Translations under genes and position numbers: made by a program
Shown: positions 63,038 to 64,000 of the stretch, piece after piece
Position numbering within the stretch: the stretch's first letter is position 1
Layout: the number at the start of each line of letters is the position of its first letter
From: Candidatus Babelota bacterium
GTDB taxonomy: Bacteria; Babelota; Babeliae; Babelales; UASB340
Direction of reading: 5' to 3'
Length of the DNA: 64,000 nt
NCBI GenBank assembly: GCA_014730005.1
Contig: WJIY01000017.1
Coordinates: forward strand, 8,800 to 72,799
The notes under the pieces: model-generated
Database searches by the model: none
What the model was told of the DNA's origin: nothing
What the model saw: the letters and a program-made list of their open reading frames with translations, nothing else

Positions 63038-64000
63038 TCAAATTTCATTTATTAATGCCTTCATCTGCTCAATTGTTAACCACTCATTGTTATTCCCACT
63101 ATGATATTCGAAACTATCATCAACTATTCGTCCATTTTTATAAAACTTATCCAAATAATCTAAATCAAAAGAAGGTTTGACAACATAATATTTGTCAAAT
63201 TCCAATGTATTTCTAGCATCTTCCTGTGTGATCATAACCTCATGAATTTTTTCACCAGGACGAACACCAACCGAATTAAGTTTGATATCTGGGGCAACAG
63301 CTTGAGCTAAATCAATAATTTTCATAGATGGAATTTTTTTCACAAATAATTCTCCACCTTGCATAATTTCAAGAGCCATTAAAACCATATCGACTGCGTC
63401 TTCAAGTTTGAGCCAAAATCTCGTCATCCTCAAATCTGTAATAGGCAATTCACTAATACCAGAATTAATTAGATTTTTAAAATATGGAATAACAGAACCC
63501 CGACTTCCAGCAACATTTCCATATCTAACAACTGAAAAACGAGTCTTTCCAGAACCTGCATAAACATTACCAGCAACAAATAATTTATCTGAACATAATT
63601 TTGTCGCACCATAAAGATTAACCGGTGCACATGCCTTATCGGTACTTAAAGCAATAACTTTTTCTACTCTTCTATCAATTGCAGCATCAATTATGTTTTG
63701 AGCACCCATGATATTAGTTTTGATTGCTTCAAACGGATTATATTCACATGAAGGAACCTGTTTGAGAGCCGCAGCATGAATAACAATATCAATATCTTCA
63801 AATGCCCTATATAATCTATCTTTATCTCTTACGTCACCAATGAAAAATCGCAATTTTTTTCTATCTTTAAATTGAGGTTTATTTGACATTTCAAATTGCT
63901 TAAACTCATCTCGTGAAAAAACAATAATTTTTTCTATATTTGGAAATTTATTTAATATAATTTCTATGAATTTATTACCAAAAGATCCGGTTCCTCCCGT
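63038..64000 (-). CDS. pseB: UDP-N-acetylglucosamine 4,6-dehydratase (inverting), 5' end beyond window
   Basis: The ORF track starts at the internal Met (63889). The frame stays open to nt 64000 and reads TGGTGSFGNKFIEIILNKFPNIEKIIVFSRDEFKQFEM..., a Rossmann motif. Later motifs are GDVRD, IHAAALKQVP, STDKA, YGATKL, VRYGNVAGSRGSVIP, MTRFW and RPGEKIHE. Confidence 0.9.
   Translation of the reverse strand, partial: TGGTGSFGNKFIEIILNKFPNIEKIIVFSRDEFKQFEMSNKPQFKDRKKLRFFIGDVRDKDRLYRAFEDIDIVIHAAALKQVPSCEYNPFEAIKTNIMGAQNIIDAAIDRRVEKVIALSTDKACAPVNLYGATKLCSDKLFVAGNVYAGSGKTRFSVVRYGNVAGSRGSVIPYFKNLINSGISELPITDLRMTRFWLKLEDAVDMVLMALEIMQGGELFVKKIPSMKIIDLAQAVAPDIKLNSVGVRPGEKIHEVMITQEDARNTLEFDKYYVVKPSFDLDYLDKFYKNGRIVDDSFEYHSGNNNEWLTIEQMKALINEI

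Noticed and set aside
1-64000. CRISPR arrays, tRNA/rRNA genes, IS elements, integrases, toxin-antitoxin or restriction/defence genes
   Set aside because: I scanned the intergenic regions and ORF translations. There are no regularly spaced repeats, no GC-rich cloverleaf-sized islands, no transposase or recombinase motifs, and no nuclease or ATPase defence signatures.
1-64000. Alternative genetic code (TGA as Trp), considered because of the extreme AT richness
   Set aside because: Trp is encoded by TGG throughout, for example in the WQKFKQK repeat. Well-conserved proteins end at TAA, TAG or TGA exactly where homologues end, for example the TGA stop of the GT4 gene at 45054. The standard bacterial code fits.

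Overview
This is a very AT-rich, tightly packed bacterial chromosomal segment with about 59 protein-coding genes. I found no rRNA, tRNA, CRISPR array, transposase or integrase. Housekeeping markers (lon, rpsA, ndk, nusB, efp, glyA, murJ, kdsA, msbA-like, lolD-like) indicate a diderm, LPS-making organism. The AT bias, Lys-rich protein tails and gene content fit a reduced, host-associated lineage; my low-confidence guess is Dependentiae/TM6-like, which cannot be checked here. Layout: (i) 1-5978, minus strand: a 3'-truncated MCE/MlaD-family gene preceded by a gspF-G-H-I-J-K-type pseudopilus operon, with no gspD or gspE in the window. (ii) 6096-12445: five consecutive signal-peptide proteins of no recognisable family, comprising a 372-aa and a 959-aa secreted protein, a 426-aa beta-barrel OMP and two small paralogues. 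(iii) 12.5-28.4 kb: housekeeping genes interspersed with orphans, namely a GspL/PilN-like protein, a Pro/Thr-rich repeat protein with an FH1-like polyproline tract, and a tandem glycine-zipper pair. (iv) 28.8-64 kb: a ~35-kb surface-glycan island. The island holds an MsbA/PglK-like ABC exporter, six class-I methyltransferases, GT2, GT4 and GT-A-like transferases, and three tandem PMT/TMTC-like GT-C paralogues plus a fourth GT-C-like protein. It also holds a cupin/aminotransferase/methyltransferase amino-sugar cassette, two tandem KpsS/KpsC-like transferases with a Cys motif, and a WbuX/HisH/HisF amidotransferase triad. It ends in a pseudaminic-acid operon (pseB, C, H, I, F) that lacks a recognisable pseG and carries extra enzymes. 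My best candidate for an undescribed system is this island read as a periplasmic GT-C-based glycosylation machine that uses a heavily tailored nonulosonic acid. The 6.1-12.4 kb secreted/OMP module is second. All functional calls rest on reading the translations against remembered family motifs; no searches were run.
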